Positions 62,614 through 64,000 of a DNA stretch of 64,000 nucleotides are shown here, piece after piece. Below the pieces are notes generated by a model. The model saw only the letters and a list, made by a program, of their open reading frames with translations. It was not told where the DNA came from and searched no databases. A program made the position numbers and the translations under genes. The first letter of the stretch is position 1; each line of letters opens with the position of its first letter. The stretch is from Takakia lepidozioides (lineage: Eukaryota > Plantae > Bryophyta), in NCBI GenBank assembly GCA_030704615.1, contig CM060732.1:40796001-40860000 (forward strand), written 5' to 3'.

Positions 62614-64000
62614 ATGTCTACACCAAAATATGCAGTGCTTTCATGTCCACCTGATGCAAAAGTGGTTCGTTATCCTTGCAATGGAAACAAGTGCATTATC
62701 CCAGAACCTTGGTTATGCAATAGATTCAAACTTGTTCCGGGTTCAGTTTTTTTGGAGGATGATGGAGATGATGATGCCTCCACAGTGTTGCTTCCAGTTT
62801 TCAATGACGGCCAAAAGCAATGGGAGTTGTTTCCAGACACTTTCTCCAAGTACCGTGTCACAGGTACGAGCTATACACAGTCACATGATGAGAGGCACAC
62901 TTCTATTGCAAGAAAGAACGATCAAGCTGCGACAAATGGGAGTTGTAAATTGAAGGAGGAGGTTGCAGATTCGGCGAGCTTGGGGTCTCATAATTCGGAT
63001 TGTGTTGAGGTTTCTAAGAGTGTATTTTGTGGATCTCAACCTTCCTCATCTGCTCATACGGTCTTGCTTCACGACATGAAGCCTCGGAAAACTCCATTGG
63101 ACAACACCACGTCTGATTGTTGCGAATCTGCGAGGGGTTTATCTTCATCTCCACGACTAGCAGGGGAGGCTACATCTGCATTTCCTTCTGGTGTGTTGTC
63201 CATTTTGAGTATCTTGGCCATTGCTCGGAGGAATGGATCAAAAGGAGAGCTTTCTACCTTGGACTATAGTCACATTCCAGTGCATCGTGTTCGGTGTCTT
63301 CCTCGAGCTTTTGATGGAAAAGTGATCCACGAACTCCCCCCCGTGGTCAAACTACGTACGGACCGTGGTTCACAGTCCCTCCAAGGCATGGACCGCAAGT
63401 TTGATGGTCATCCTTGGTGCAAGACCAATACCTACAATATGTCTGGTGTTCCAGATCATGTGAAATGTAGTAAGGTTCTTTGTGTTGGAAAGCTCATATG
63501 TCAAAGCAGCACTTGCCCCTTCTTCAAGAAAGAAGGAGAACGGAATGACCGCTATTGGGAAGGCAATGCAGACAAGGTGTTCATTGCAGGAGCCCAAGTT
63601 CCATTCAACCAGTTCAAGTGTAGTTTCTGCAAAGAAAGACCTTTCTGTGAGGCGCATTGTGGGGCAAGAATGTACTATGTCACAAGTTCCCTTCCAACAT
63701 ATACACGTGTTGCAGTTCACGTTGGGTTTCATAACCATCCATGTGCCAAGGGCGAGAATAGAGAGGCTGCGGAAAATGCATCAAGCATGATTCAAGAACA
63801 CGTTAAGATGAAGCCATGGTCGACCCCGGGAGCTATTTCCTTGTCAATGGCCCAAAAGCTCTTGATTGATCGAGTTCTTGTGGCTGATGGCACAGAGACA
63901 GTACGTCTTGAGGAGAGGCTTTGGAAGATATTCTTGAAGAGTTTGCCCATGTTTGTAGCCCCAATGTGAAAAACAAGGTCGCATCTGCACGTGTCAATTC
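62614..64000 (+). CDS. Transposase-like protein N-terminus with Cys/His (GCM/WRKY-like) domain; frameshift near 63910; runs off the window
   Basis: MDRKFDGHPW..CVGKLICQSSTCPF..CSFC..CEAHCGAR..RVAVHVGFHNHP. After about 63910 another frame (GEALEDILEEFAHVCSPNVKNKV) stays open to the window end. Confidence 0.6.

Overview
This is eukaryotic nuclear DNA from a land plant. The intron style, PLS-DYW PPR and retroelement sequences point to a non-seed plant such as a bryophyte (inference). Genes I could splice by hand are eIF3 subunit L (+, 7 exons, first intron GC-AG), class II DAHP synthase (+, 5 exons), a DHH/PRUNE-like protein with a very long N-terminal extension (-, 10 exons) and a PLS-E-DYW PPR RNA-editing factor (+). 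The PPR ORF appears to sit behind three 5' exons taken from a pyridoxamine-5'-phosphate-oxidase/HugZ-like gene. The window also holds a pectin methylesterase pseudogene, a cyclophilin fragment, a decayed hAT transposase, an LTR/gag remnant with an extra ORF, tRNA-derived SINEs and many MITEs, including a TTAA-flanked piggyBac-like insertion. The most striking feature is at the right end. It is an intact 9-exon gene (-, about 56308-61549) encoding about 1000 aa, with a ParB/Srx-like domain (DGNHR) and a C-terminal beta-class N4C/N6A DNA methyltransferase fold. It lies head-to-head with a Cys/His-rich GCM/WRKY-like transposase-type ORF, and its first intron contains an array of CGCCGGCG palindromes. 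This may be a transposon-borne amino-methylation system. All family assignments come from motif recognition, not database searches.
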